Shown here: in pieces, positions 8,754 through 17,659 of the stretch | How positions within the stretch are numbered: position 1 is the stretch's first letter | How the letters are laid out: each line of letters starts with the position of its first letter | DNA from: Candidatus Saccharimonadota bacterium | GTDB taxonomy: Bacteria > Bacteroidota > Bacteroidia > Cytophagales > Amoebophilaceae | Assembly: GCF_936981045.1 (NCBI RefSeq) | Contig: NZ_OW441264.1 | Coordinates: forward strand, 900,001 to 932,000 | DNA: 32,000 bases | Direction of reading: 5' to 3' | Program-made: the position numbers and the translations under genes | Notes under the pieces: generated by a model | The model's input: only the letters and a program-made list of their open reading frames with translations | Database searches by the model: none | What the model was told of the DNA's origin: nothing

Positions 8754-9586
8754 GGTTCTGTCGCGTTTATTCTAAAAAATGATTATTTTAGTATCGGTAT
8801 TTAAAAAAGTAGTTATTATGTTTAATATTTCTCCCGAGTTATTACCATATTTTAAAGGTTATTGTTCTTCATCAGAAGTCATCCTGTTATTTGTATACAT
8901 GAAGTGTCGTTTTTCCTTGAGCTATAGAGATTTGGAAGAGATGATGCGTATGAGAGGCGCAAGAGTTGATCATTCTACGCTACAGAGATGGGTTATTAAG
9001 TTTGTTCCTCTGATAGATAAAGCAGTAAGAAAAAGAAAACGACCAATTGGTAGTAGTTGGAAAATGGATGAAACCTATGTTAAACTAAACGGGAAGTGGA
9101 TCTATTTATATAGAGCAGTAGATCGTTATGGTGATACAGTTGACTTTTTTCTATCTGATCATAGAGACAAGTCTTCAACGCTTTCTTTTTTTCGAAAGGC
9201 GATCACAGAAAATAATATTCCTAAGAAAGTAGTAATTGACAAAAGCGGTAGTAATAAAGCTGCCCTTAATGCGATCAATACAGATCTTGATCAAGATCAT
9301 ACCATTCAAATATTGCAAAACAAATATTTGAATAATAGAGTTGAACAAGATCATAGGTTTATCAAAAAACGGATAAAACCTATGCTGGGTTTTAAGAATT
9401 TTTATTCTGCTTCCATTACTATTTCAGGGATAGAAAACATTCGTATGATTCAAAAAGGACAAGTAAGAGGAGCTAAAAATCATCTTTCTACTTTTGAGAA
9501 CTTTGCTATCTTAATGGCCGCATAATATCCAAAATTTGACTTAAACGAAAAACCTATACTAAGAAAACTATAGACGCGACAGAACC
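8754..9586 (+). mobile_element. IS6-family IS, type A, copy A2 (833 bp)
   Basis: GGTTCTGTCGCG at 8754 and CGCGACAGAACC ending at 9586. Near-identical to A1. Confidence 0.95.
8779..9525 (+). CDS. IS6-family DDE transposase (copy A2)
   Basis: 248-aa ORF differing from A1 at three residues (E/D in LSxHRDK, D/N in ALxAIN, I/T in LSxF). Confidence 0.9.
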   Translation: MIILVSVFKKVVIMFNISPELLPYFKGYCSSSEVILLFVYMKCRFSLSYRDLEEMMRMRGARVDHSTLQRWVIKFVPLIDKAVRKRKRPIGSSWKMDETYVKLNGKWIYLYRAVDRYGDTVDFFLSDHRDKSSTLSFFRKAITENNIPKKVVIDKSGSNKAALNAINTDLDQDHTIQILQNKYLNNRVEQDHRFIKKRIKPMLGFKNFYSASITISGIENIRMIQKGQVRGAKNHLSTFENFAILMAA

Positions 9587-9636
9587 GGATGTTTTATAAA
9601 CTTTTTTATTAAGAAATAAGTGTGATAAAAGCTCCT

Positions 9637-10863
9637 CTACTTTGTGCTATTTTTTTTACATAAAGATGCCAAATATATTTTAGTAATGGGTTTGGTTATG
9701 CCCAGTGAGAGTAAAGAACATAAGACAAATCCTACAAATGGAGGCGCTATGCCCCATACAGGGGGAAGGACGATCCAAAATGGTATCAAGGAGCCAATGC
9801 CATAAGCAAAAAACTTGACCACTGCATCTCCCACTAAAATAACGTGGGCCAGTTTATCGTTTTGCGTTAAAGCTTGCCCTATAATACCAATAGCTGTTCT
9901 GAGTAAATACAGTCCCATTCCATACAATAGTGCAGTTGCTTGAAGATAGCAGGGTTGCGTCACATAAAAAGCCATAATCGAAGCTAGTACGATAAAAATA
10001 GGGCTAATATTAAAAAAACAAATGATCCATTTAGGTTTTCTTTTTAAGATCCATGAACCACATATGCCACTTACAATAAAGCCTAGATGCATCATACTGA
10101 TGCTATAGCTATGCAATTGTGCATTGACTTGACTATTACCGTTAGCTATTCTTGCGACCAAAATGGGTAAACTGACCGTATAGGCTATGGTTGCTATATA
10201 GCTTACCAGACGGAAACTAGTTATGCGTAATAGCCCAGGATTTTGAGCGATTTCCTTAAAGCCCGTTAACATGCCCGATGGTTGTAATGCCATCTCTTTT
10301 GCACCAAGATTTCGGAATAGCTGCCAGGGTATTATACGCAAAATGTAGATAAAGCTACAAAGTAATAGAAGCATTTTCAATCCTATGATTGCCAATAAGT
10401 TTTTAGCTATTATAGGTGCTAACACATTAAAACACTGTAAAAAAATTTGAAAAGTGGAAAAAAAGAAAGGCTTGTCATGTGTTCCTATTTGCCTACTAAT
10501 AAAAGCAAGACCATTGGAATGCTCAATACTCATAATGCAGGCAAGCGCCCATAATGTAATGGTCCAGATGCGCAGATTCACATCATTATATAAAGAGAAG
10601 ATGAACAAGGTAGATGTTGCACATAAGAGTGTGCCTATACCTATGGTATAAGAAGAAAAACGTTTGAAAAAAAAGCCTCCAATTAGTCCAGCGAAACCAA
10701 TCCCTAATAAGCTAGCTGGCTCCAAATAGGCTGCAGAAATGCCACTGGTATCTTTGTCAAATAAAGTGATTGAAAAGCCAATCACTAGAATAGTGGGCAC
10801 TATCGTTCCAAGGCCATTTAAGACCATGTAAATAGGAATAATTTGTTTTATTTTCATAGACAT
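9637..10863 (-). CDS. MFS-type membrane transporter
   Basis: 408-aa highly hydrophobic ORF with roughly 12 predicted TM stretches arranged as two halves. Substrate unknown. Confidence 0.65.
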   Translation of the reverse strand: MSMKIKQIIPIYMVLNGLGTIVPTILVIGFSITLFDKDTSGISAAYLEPASLLGIGFAGLIGGFFFKRFSSYTIGIGTLLCATSTLFIFSLYNDVNLRIWTITLWALACIMSIEHSNGLAFISRQIGTHDKPFFFSTFQIFLQCFNVLAPIIAKNLLAIIGLKMLLLLCSFIYILRIIPWQLFRNLGAKEMALQPSGMLTGFKEIAQNPGLLRITSFRLVSYIATIAYTVSLPILVARIANGNSQVNAQLHSYSISMMHLGFIVSGICGSWILKRKPKWIICFFNISPIFIVLASIMAFYVTQPCYLQATALLYGMGLYLLRTAIGIIGQALTQNDKLAHVILVGDAVVKFFAYGIGSLIPFWIVLPPVWGIAPPFVGFVLCSLLSLGITKPITKIYLASLCKKNSTK

Positions 10864-10933
10864 ACCTTATTGATTTGGGTTATAATGCCTATTGTAGGCC
10901 ATTACGTTATCGATTTTGGTATTTAATTCGTAT

Positions 10934-13822
10934 CTACCCCTTATTCATAGAAAGCTTACGACCAAAATCTGCTAAAAGAGGGGCTGCAATGCAGATAGAA
11001 GAATAAGTGCCAAATAATACACCTAGTAATAATGCAAAAGAGAAGCTCCGTAATGCTTCTCCTCCAAAGAAGAAAAGCACAACAACAGTTAATAATGTTG
11101 TAAAAGAGGTAATAACGGTTCTACTTAGGGTTTCTCCAATCGCATCATTGATCATGGCTATGGGTATAGCCGTAGCCTTATTGGCTAACCTTTCCCTTAT
11201 ACGGTCAAAGATAACCACTGTATCGTTTATGGAATAGCCAATAACTGTGAGCATAGCAGCTAAGAACACTTCATTCACTTCATAGCTTACGCCTAAAGCG
11301 CGTGCTATACAAAATCCAGCTATGACTGCTAAAGCATCATGTATAAGCGCTAATATAGCTGCTAAACCAAATCCCCACCTTCTAAAGCGCAATACAATGT
11401 AAATAAATATACTCAATATAGCAAGTGTCATTGCTTTTTTTGCACTTTTTTGGACATCCTGTGCCACAGTAGCACCTACTTTGGTACTACTTGTAATATT
11501 AAAATAATGATCGGTTGAAGCAGTATGATTTTCTGTTAATTGGGTTAAATCTTTCAAGGCCGTAACCAGTTTATTGCGCACCTTTTCATCGGAGGCAATA
11601 ATATCCTCGTGATGCAAATAGCTAGTAGTGATTTGCATCACATTATTGGCGCCATAGGTACGCACTTCTACACCTTTCTTAAATTTAGTAGATAGTCCTT
11701 CTTTGAGTAAGGAAGCATCCATAGGCTTAGAAAAATGCACCGTGTATGAACGACCTCCGGCAAAATCCACCCCCAAGGTAAGCCCTTTATAATGGTAGAA
11801 GCAGAAAGCACCGACTGCTATAAATGATAAGGAGCATGCGTAAAAACGGTGACGATTTTTAATAAAATTAATCTGTACGTTCTTAAAAAGCATAGGTATA
11901 GCTGGATAAGAAAAGGTTAAATTTGGGGCAGGGCAGTTGTCCATAAAGAAGTAGAAAATCAACCTTGTAATAAATATAGAAGAAAATACAGAAGTGAGGA
12001 TACCAATCATTAAGACAAGGGCAAAACCACGGACCGGCCCCTGACCCAGGTAGTAGAGTATTACCCCAGCAAGAAAGGTGGTAATATTTGCATCCACAAT
12101 AGAGCTATATGATTTCGCATATCCACGTTGGATGGCCTCTTTTATATGAACTTTTTGTGCGCGTTCTTCTCGTATTCGTTCAAATACCAAGACATTCGCA
12201 TCGATGGACATACCAAGCGTAAGGACAAGACCAGCAATACCTGGTAGGGTTAAAGTAGCATCCAGTTCTACCAAAATGCCCACAATAAAAAGTAAATTAA
12301 ATAAGAGTGCTATATTGGCTATAATGCCTCCTTTTGCATAATAAAGGAACATAAAAAGCAGCACCAGGCCTAAACCTACTGCTGTGGCCATAAGACCTTG
12401 GCTTTGTGCTGCTTTTCCCAAGCTTGGGCCTATAATGGCTTCTTCAACCATTCTAAGGGGTGCTGGTAAAGAGCCTGTTGTTAATACACTGGCTAAGTCT
12501 TTGGCTTCTTCTACAGTAAAATGGCCGGATATCTGAGATTTACCATTTGGAATTTCTTGATTAACTACTGGTGCGGAGTAAACTCGATCATCTAAAGCTA
12601 TAGCTATACGTTTACCAATATGACTTGCCGTAATGCGTTTCCAAATATGTACACCTTTCTGATGCATTTGTAAATTTACAACTCGTTGTCGTCTATTTTT
12701 ATCAAAGAATTGGGCTGCATGTGTAATCATATCTCCCTCTAAAAGAGGTTTGTTATCCCTGGGCTGTTTGATGGCATAAAGGGTAACGGCTTGCGTTCCA
12801 TCGTTTAGGGTGTGTGCTTTTTTTTCCCACATCCAGACAATCTCTTTAGGCAATAAAGCCTTAACCTCTTTTCTGCGTAGTATGGCTTCTATTTGGCTAA
12901 TCTTTTCAGGCGCATAGGCCAGTGTGTAAGGGAAGGGGTATTTGCAAAGCCTTTTGAGTATGGACTCCTTAGGCATGCGTTGTGCTTTTTCCTCGTTTGT
13001 AAGCCCTTTTGGAAAGGTTGCAGTTATGGTTGTTTTTTCTTTGTTCAGTAAGAAAGTATTGACAGCTTCTAGTGCTGAGCTATATGTATTGGCTTCTGCT
13101 ACTGCCCAGAAGCGCAATTGTGCTACACCCTGCAATAATTTTCTAACCCGTTTGGGGTTGGTAACACCTGGTAGCTCTATTTGAATCCTTGCATTTCCAG
13201 GTAGCTTTTGAATCTTGGTTTGTGTAGCGCCGAAGCGGTCTAACCTAGAACCTATAATGGTAAGCGAACGATCTAATGCATTTACGATTTCTTGATCAAT
13301 TGCTTTTGTAACATCATCTTCAGTAGAAAAAGTATAAGACCTTACTCCAGCAGCAGTAAAAATATCTATTAAATTACCATTTGGGGCAAGCCTTTTATAG
13401 GCTGCGACAAAAAGCTTGCCAAAAGAAGCAGGGCTACCCTTTTCTCGTTCCCGCTGTGCTGATTGGAGCGCTTCTAAAAAATCAGTATCTGTATTATAGG
13501 CAGCCAACCTTTTTACAAACTCCATAGGAACAAGTTCCATGGTGACATGCATACCACCTTGAAGATCTAAGCCTAGTTTAAGTGAACGCTCCTTTACCTC
13601 TTCATAGGTATAGACAGAACCAAACAGCTTGTAAACAGGTTTTTTCCATATATGCATTAAATATGCCTGACTTTTATCAAAGTCTATTCTGCCCTGTTTA
13701 TCCATTGCTTGTTGTGCTGCTTGGCGTTGCACCCGGTAGTCTACAAAAGTAAAAGAAAGATAATAGAGTGAGAGCAAGGCAGCAAGAATGGTCAAAAAAA
13801 GTACTATTTGTTTAGATCTCAT
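10934..13822 (-). CDS. secDF: Protein translocase subunit SecDF (fused SecD-SecF)
   Basis: 962 aa with an N-terminal TM helix, a large periplasmic head (LGLDLQGGMHV) and two 6-TM SecD/SecF modules (MSIDANVLVFERIREE; YSINDTVVIFDRIRE). Fused SecDF is typical of Bacteroidota. Confidence 0.9.
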   Translation of the reverse strand: MRSKQIVLFLTILAALLSLYYLSFTFVDYRVQRQAAQQAMDKQGRIDFDKSQAYLMHIWKKPVYKLFGSVYTYEEVKERSLKLGLDLQGGMHVTMELVPMEFVKRLAAYNTDTDFLEALQSAQREREKGSPASFGKLFVAAYKRLAPNGNLIDIFTAAGVRSYTFSTEDDVTKAIDQEIVNALDRSLTIIGSRLDRFGATQTKIQKLPGNARIQIELPGVTNPKRVRKLLQGVAQLRFWAVAEANTYSSALEAVNTFLLNKEKTTITATFPKGLTNEEKAQRMPKESILKRLCKYPFPYTLAYAPEKISQIEAILRRKEVKALLPKEIVWMWEKKAHTLNDGTQAVTLYAIKQPRDNKPLLEGDMITHAAQFFDKNRRQRVVNLQMHQKGVHIWKRITASHIGKRIAIALDDRVYSAPVVNQEIPNGKSQISGHFTVEEAKDLASVLTTGSLPAPLRMVEEAIIGPSLGKAAQSQGLMATAVGLGLVLLFMFLYYAKGGIIANIALLFNLLFIVGILVELDATLTLPGIAGLVLTLGMSIDANVLVFERIREERAQKVHIKEAIQRGYAKSYSSIVDANITTFLAGVILYYLGQGPVRGFALVLMIGILTSVFSSIFITRLIFYFFMDNCPAPNLTFSYPAIPMLFKNVQINFIKNRHRFYACSLSFIAVGAFCFYHYKGLTLGVDFAGGRSYTVHFSKPMDASLLKEGLSTKFKKGVEVRTYGANNVMQITTSYLHHEDIIASDEKVRNKLVTALKDLTQLTENHTASTDHYFNITSSTKVGATVAQDVQKSAKKAMTLAILSIFIYIVLRFRRWGFGLAAILALIHDALAVIAGFCIARALGVSYEVNEVFLAAMLTVIGYSINDTVVIFDRIRERLANKATAIPIAMINDAIGETLSRTVITSFTTLLTVVVLFFFGGEALRSFSFALLLGVLFGTYSSICIAAPLLADFGRKLSMNKG

Positions 13823-13985
13823 GGTTCTGTCGCGTTTATTCTAAAAAATCATTATTTTAGTATCTGCAGTTGAAAAAGTAGTTATTATGTTTAATATTTC
13901 GCCCAAATTATTACCTTATTTTAAGGGCTATTGTTCTTCAGCAGAAGTCATCCTGTTATTTGTCTAGATGAAGTATCGTTTTTCC
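13823..13985 (+). mobile_element. 5' remnant of type-B IS6 element abutting the secDF start codon
   Basis: GGTTCTGTCGCG begins at 13823, the base next to the secDF ATG (13820..13822 on the minus strand). The sequence matches the type-B left end, including the in-frame TAG (gtctagatgaag). It is truncated by A3 at 13986. Confidence 0.85.
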
Positions 13986-14818
13986 GGTTCTGTCGCGTCT
14001 ATAGTTTTCTTAGTATAGGTTTTTCGTTTAAGTCAAATTTTGGATATTATGCGGCCATTAAGATAGCAAAGTTCTCAAAAGTAGAAAGATGATTTTTAGC
14101 TCCTCTTACTTGTCCTTTTTGAATCATACGAATGTTTTCTATCCCTGAAATAGTAATGGAAGCAGAATAAAAATTCTTAAAACCCAGCATAGGTTTTATC
14201 CGTTTTTTGATAAACCTATGATCTTGTTCAACTCTATTATTCAAATATTTGTTTTGAAATATTTGAATGGTATGATCTTGATCAAGATCTGTATTGATCG
14301 CATCAAGGGCAGCTTTATTACTACCGCTTTTGTCAATTACTACTTTCTTAGGAATATTATTTTCTGTGATCGCCTTGCGAAAAAAAGAAAGCGTTGAAGA
14401 CTTGTCTCTATGATCAGATAGAAAAAAGTCAACTGTATCACCATAACGATCTACTGCTCTATATAAATAGATCCACTTCCCGTTTAGTTTAACATAGGTT
14501 TCATCCATTTTCCAACTACTACCAATTGGTCGTTTTCTTTTTCTTACTGCTTTATCTATCAGAGGAACAAACTTAATAACCCATCTCTGTAGCGTAGAAT
14601 GATCAACTCTTGCGCCTCTCATACGCATCATCTCTTCCAAATCTCTATAGCTCAAGGAAAAACGACACTTCATGTATACAAATAACAGAATGACTTCTGA
14701 TGAAGAACAATAACCTTTAAAATATGGTAATAACTCGGGAGAAATATTAAACATAATAACTACTTTTTTAAATACCGATACTAAAATAATCATTTTTTAG
14801 AATAAACGCGACAGAACC
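13986..14818 (-). mobile_element. IS6-family IS, type A, copy A3 (833 bp)
   Basis: Terminal repeats at 13986 and 14807..14818, with the same 61 and 25 bp ORF offsets as the other copies. Confidence 0.95.
14047..14793 (-). CDS. IS6-family DDE transposase (copy A3)
   Basis: 248-aa ORF, near-identical to the other type-A copies. Confidence 0.9.
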   Translation of the reverse strand: MIILVSVFKKVVIMFNISPELLPYFKGYCSSSEVILLFVYMKCRFSLSYRDLEEMMRMRGARVDHSTLQRWVIKFVPLIDKAVRKRKRPIGSSWKMDETYVKLNGKWIYLYRAVDRYGDTVDFFLSDHRDKSSTLSFFRKAITENNIPKKVVIDKSGSNKAALDAINTDLDQDHTIQIFQNKYLNNRVEQDHRFIKKRIKPMLGFKNFYSASITISGIENIRMIQKGQVRGAKNHLSTFENFAILMAA

Positions 14819-14976
14819 AGAAATATTAAACATAATAACTACTTTTTTAAATACCGATACTAAAATAATCATTTTTTAGAATAAACGCGACAGAACCAGA
14901 AATATTAAACATAATAACTACTTTTTTAAATACCGATACTAAAATAATCATTTTTTAGAATAAACGCGACAGAACC
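14740..14976 (-). repeat. Three tandem copies of the 79-bp type-A left end (repeat + promoter region + first codons)
   Basis: The unit agaaatattaaacataataactacttttttaaataccgatactaaaataatcattttttagaataaacgcgacagaacc occurs at 14740..14818 (inside A3), 14819..14897 and 14898..14976. All three copies look identical by eye. Confidence 0.9.
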
Positions 14977-15072
14977 CTTTTGAGAACTTTGCTATCTTAA
15001 TGGCCGCATAATATCCAAAATTTGACTTAAACGAAAAACCTATACTAAGAAAACTATAGACGCGACAGAACC
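14977..15072 (+). mobile_element. Solo 96-bp right-end fragment of type-A IS6
   Basis: cttttgagaactttgctatcttaatggccgcataa...ctatagacgcgacagaacc matches the last 96 bp of the type-A copies. Confidence 0.9.
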
Positions 15073-15207
15073 GTAATCGGAGCTAAAAATCATCTTTTTA
15101 CTTTTGAGAATTTTGTTATGCTAATGGGCGAATAATACCCAATATATATCCAAAACTTCACTTAAAAGAAAAGACGTTACTAACGAAAATGTAGACGCGA
15201 CAGAACC
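15073..15207 (+). mobile_element. Solo 135-bp right-end fragment of type-B IS6
   Basis: gtaatcggagctaaaaatcatc...gttactaacgaaaatgtagacgcgacagaacc matches the type-B 3' end. Confidence 0.9.
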
Positions 15208-15254
15208 CTTAAAAGAAAAGCCTTTACTAACGAAAATATAGACGCGACAGAACC
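15208..15254 (+). mobile_element. Solo 47-bp right-end fragment of a type-B variant
   Basis: cttaaaagaaaagcctttactaacgaaaatatagacgcgacagaacc is the same variant (aagcctttactaacg) as the fragment at 3526..3601. Confidence 0.85.
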
Positions 15255-15276
15255 GGAAATAGTGTGGGCATACTAC

Positions 15277-16011
15277 TTATTTACAATAATAAGTAGGTAT
15301 AGTCAATTTAATATTTGGCCTTTTCAGCTTTTTAAAATGCAGCTTATGTAATGTTACGTTGCCTTGATGGAATTGTCCTTTATCATTAAGCGAAAAATGT
15401 ATTTTAATCCCAGACAAACAAGCCCTATCTACTACCATTCTGTGTTGGTATAAAAACTTAAGGCCATTACCTTGTTTTGGATCGATTAATTGAACCCGTG
15501 AAACCTTACGTGTAAGGTCATCATAGGTATAGGTTAAGTCAGCGCATAAAGCATCTGGTACACCCTGTTCAATAGGGCTACAAACCCTACCTAAAAGCAA
15601 TGATTGAATGAATAGATAATTGCAAGGGAAATGATACTGTTGCTTGATACGCTTATAATCCCATTGATAAACTAGACGACGCAACCGATCTACAACCGTT
15701 ACACCCTTTTTATCGATGAGACCACGTATGACCTCTATACCCAAAGGGCCCTTTACAATAAAATCAATTTGTTGATCATATGTTACACAACAGGCTACAC
15801 GACAGTGAAAAGTATGCTGTAGGCCCATAAAATGCAAAGCGGCCTGCATAGAGAAACATGCAGGAAAAGTAGTGAGCAGATGGGTTACATCAAACGACTG
15901 TTTACTAGCCTGCTGCATGCCACACCCGGAAAACAAATAGAGAGCTGCCAAAAAGATCTGAACAAAAACTAAACGCTTTATGGTATATAATGGGTCCATA
16001 AGCCTAATCAT
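15277..16011 (-). CDS. Putative lipoprotein (possibly LolB-like/DUF4292-type)
   Basis: 244 aa with a signal peptide ending in the lipobox LFSGC. It lies downstream of rpoZ. The family assignment is a guess from context. Confidence 0.5.
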   Translation of the reverse strand: MIRLMDPLYTIKRLVFVQIFLAALYLFSGCGMQQASKQSFDVTHLLTTFPACFSMQAALHFMGLQHTFHCRVACCVTYDQQIDFIVKGPLGIEVIRGLIDKKGVTVVDRLRRLVYQWDYKRIKQQYHFPCNYLFIQSLLLGRVCSPIEQGVPDALCADLTYTYDDLTRKVSRVQLIDPKQGNGLKFLYQHRMVVDRACLSGIKIHFSLNDKGQFHQGNVTLHKLHFKKLKRPNIKLTIPTYYCK

Positions 16012-16140
16012 CCCTATTTATTCAATATATTTCTAACTTTTTGCTCAATCGTATGTCCATGTTAGGCAATAAACAAAAAACACAGAGACCTCCACTTAGC
16101 CTTTTGGCAACAACTCCTAAAAGTAAAATCAAAATTCCTT

Positions 16141-16452
16141 TTATGTCTCTTCATTAATATAGCGAAAGGCAATATCACCTTCTAAAAACCCCCTAGTAGC
16201 TTCTAATACAGGTTTAGGAAGCTTTTCATAATACTTGGTAATCTCATCTTGCCGCTGAGCATCTATGCTATCTTTTTCTTCAATAACAGGCATAAATTCC
16301 TCCAACTTACGATCTAGCTCATCTTTCATATTCATAGCAATCTGCTTAGCACGTTTCGTAATGATAACGGTACTTTCATAAATATTACCAGTAGGCGCAA
16401 TCAACTCATGTATATTTCTAGGTGCCAAATATACTTTTTTATTCAGACTCAT
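16141..16452 (-). CDS. rpoZ: DNA-directed RNA polymerase subunit omega (Bacteroidota type)
   Basis: 103 aa. PTGNIYESTVIITKRAKQI and YYEKLPKPVLEATRGFLEGDI match the pattern I recall for Bacteroidota omega subunits. It sits next to bamD, as is usual. Confidence 0.7.
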   Translation of the reverse strand: MSLNKKVYLAPRNIHELIAPTGNIYESTVIITKRAKQIAMNMKDELDRKLEEFMPVIEEKDSIDAQRQDEITKYYEKLPKPVLEATRGFLEGDIAFRYINEET

Positions 16453-16543
16453 AATTGTAAATATTATGCTATATAATTAAACCAAGCAGCAGAAGCTTTT
16501 TTCCTTTATCATTATCTTCTGCTAAAAAAGTCAAAGAAACTTT

Positions 16544-17410
16544 TTATTGCTTTATTTTTTTATCTCTTCTATCTCTATCTAATTTTTTTACTACATTGCT
16601 GCGCCCTTTACTATTCAGATATTCCTCTAACTGGTAACGGGCTATAACTTCTTTCTTCCTTCCCTCATTAAATGCGCTGGCAGCTAACTTTTCATAACAC
16701 TTTAGCAATAGCCGAAGTACTTTTTCCTTTAAAGAAGCATCTGGATAGGCTTGATCAAAGTTTTTAAGGGGTACAATGGCAGCATTATAGTAGCCCAAAC
16801 GAACATATAGCGCAGCAGCCTGAAAACTCTTTTGCATAAGACGCTCTTGTAAATTTTGTAAAGCATCGGAAGCTTTATCTAGATAAGCACCCTTAGGATA
16901 AAGCGCTAAATAGCGCTCCAAGGAACGCATCGCATCATAAGTATTCGTTTGATCCAGCCGTATATCTACATTTTCACAAGCCAAACTATATCCGCACATA
17001 AAAAGCGCTTCTTCTACCTGCGGGAAAGAAGGATATTGTTTTATAAACAAATGAAACTGATGGGCACTAACCAAATATTTTTTTTCATGGAAACTACAAT
17101 AAGCCTGATACAATTCAAATTTTGAACGCTCTATCCTATTTTTTAACAAAGGTAAAAAGAGCTCTATCTGCTCATTGGCTTGGGCATAACGCTTTCGCTC
17201 ATAAAGCCGAATCACCTCTTCCTTCTTTTGTATGATTAAAGACTCGTTTTTATAGTCCGGAGCAGCTGCAAGCAAGTAAAAAGTATTGCCTACTAAAGTA
17301 AAGGGCAATAAAAATAGCCACCTGAGTCTGTATATAAAGGATAGATTGACTAGATAATCTTTCATAGCAAATGGAATAAAAGGATAGCCGCTACTATATG
17401 CAGATGGCAT
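16544..17410 (-). CDS. bamD: Outer membrane protein assembly factor BamD-like (TPR lipoprotein)
   Basis: 288 aa and rich in TPR-like helices. It occupies the conserved position upstream of rpoZ. Confidence 0.6.
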   Translation of the reverse strand: MPSAYSSGYPFIPFAMKDYLVNLSFIYRLRWLFLLPFTLVGNTFYLLAAAPDYKNESLIIQKKEEVIRLYERKRYAQANEQIELFLPLLKNRIERSKFELYQAYCSFHEKKYLVSAHQFHLFIKQYPSFPQVEEALFMCGYSLACENVDIRLDQTNTYDAMRSLERYLALYPKGAYLDKASDALQNLQERLMQKSFQAAALYVRLGYYNAAIVPLKNFDQAYPDASLKEKVLRLLLKCYEKLAASAFNEGRKKEVIARYQLEEYLNSKGRSNVVKKLDRDRRDKKIKQ

Positions 17411-17659
17411 ATCCTAACTTAAATGAATAGCGCTATTCATTTTCAGAAATAAATAGAAATAAAACCCCTACGCACACAAGTTTACTAAATTAAAGCTAGA
17501 TGCCCATCGCTTTATAGCAACAAAAAGGAATTTATATGCTTTTTGCTTAATCAAAAGGGGCGTTTCTTTTATAGGACGGCTAGCCAAGTGGATGGACCAA
17601 ACTAAAAATCTGGCTTACATAAGCCATTGCACCACGCAAGTATATTAAACTTACGCATA

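Noticed and set aside
14740-15254. Regularly recurring 12-14-bp motif (CGCGACAGAACC) with 47-135-bp spacers that superficially looks like a CRISPR array
   Set aside because: Every 'spacer' is recognisable IS6 terminal sequence and the 'repeat' is the IS6 terminal inverted repeat. No cas genes are present and spacer lengths are irregular. It is a stack of IS ends, not a CRISPR array.
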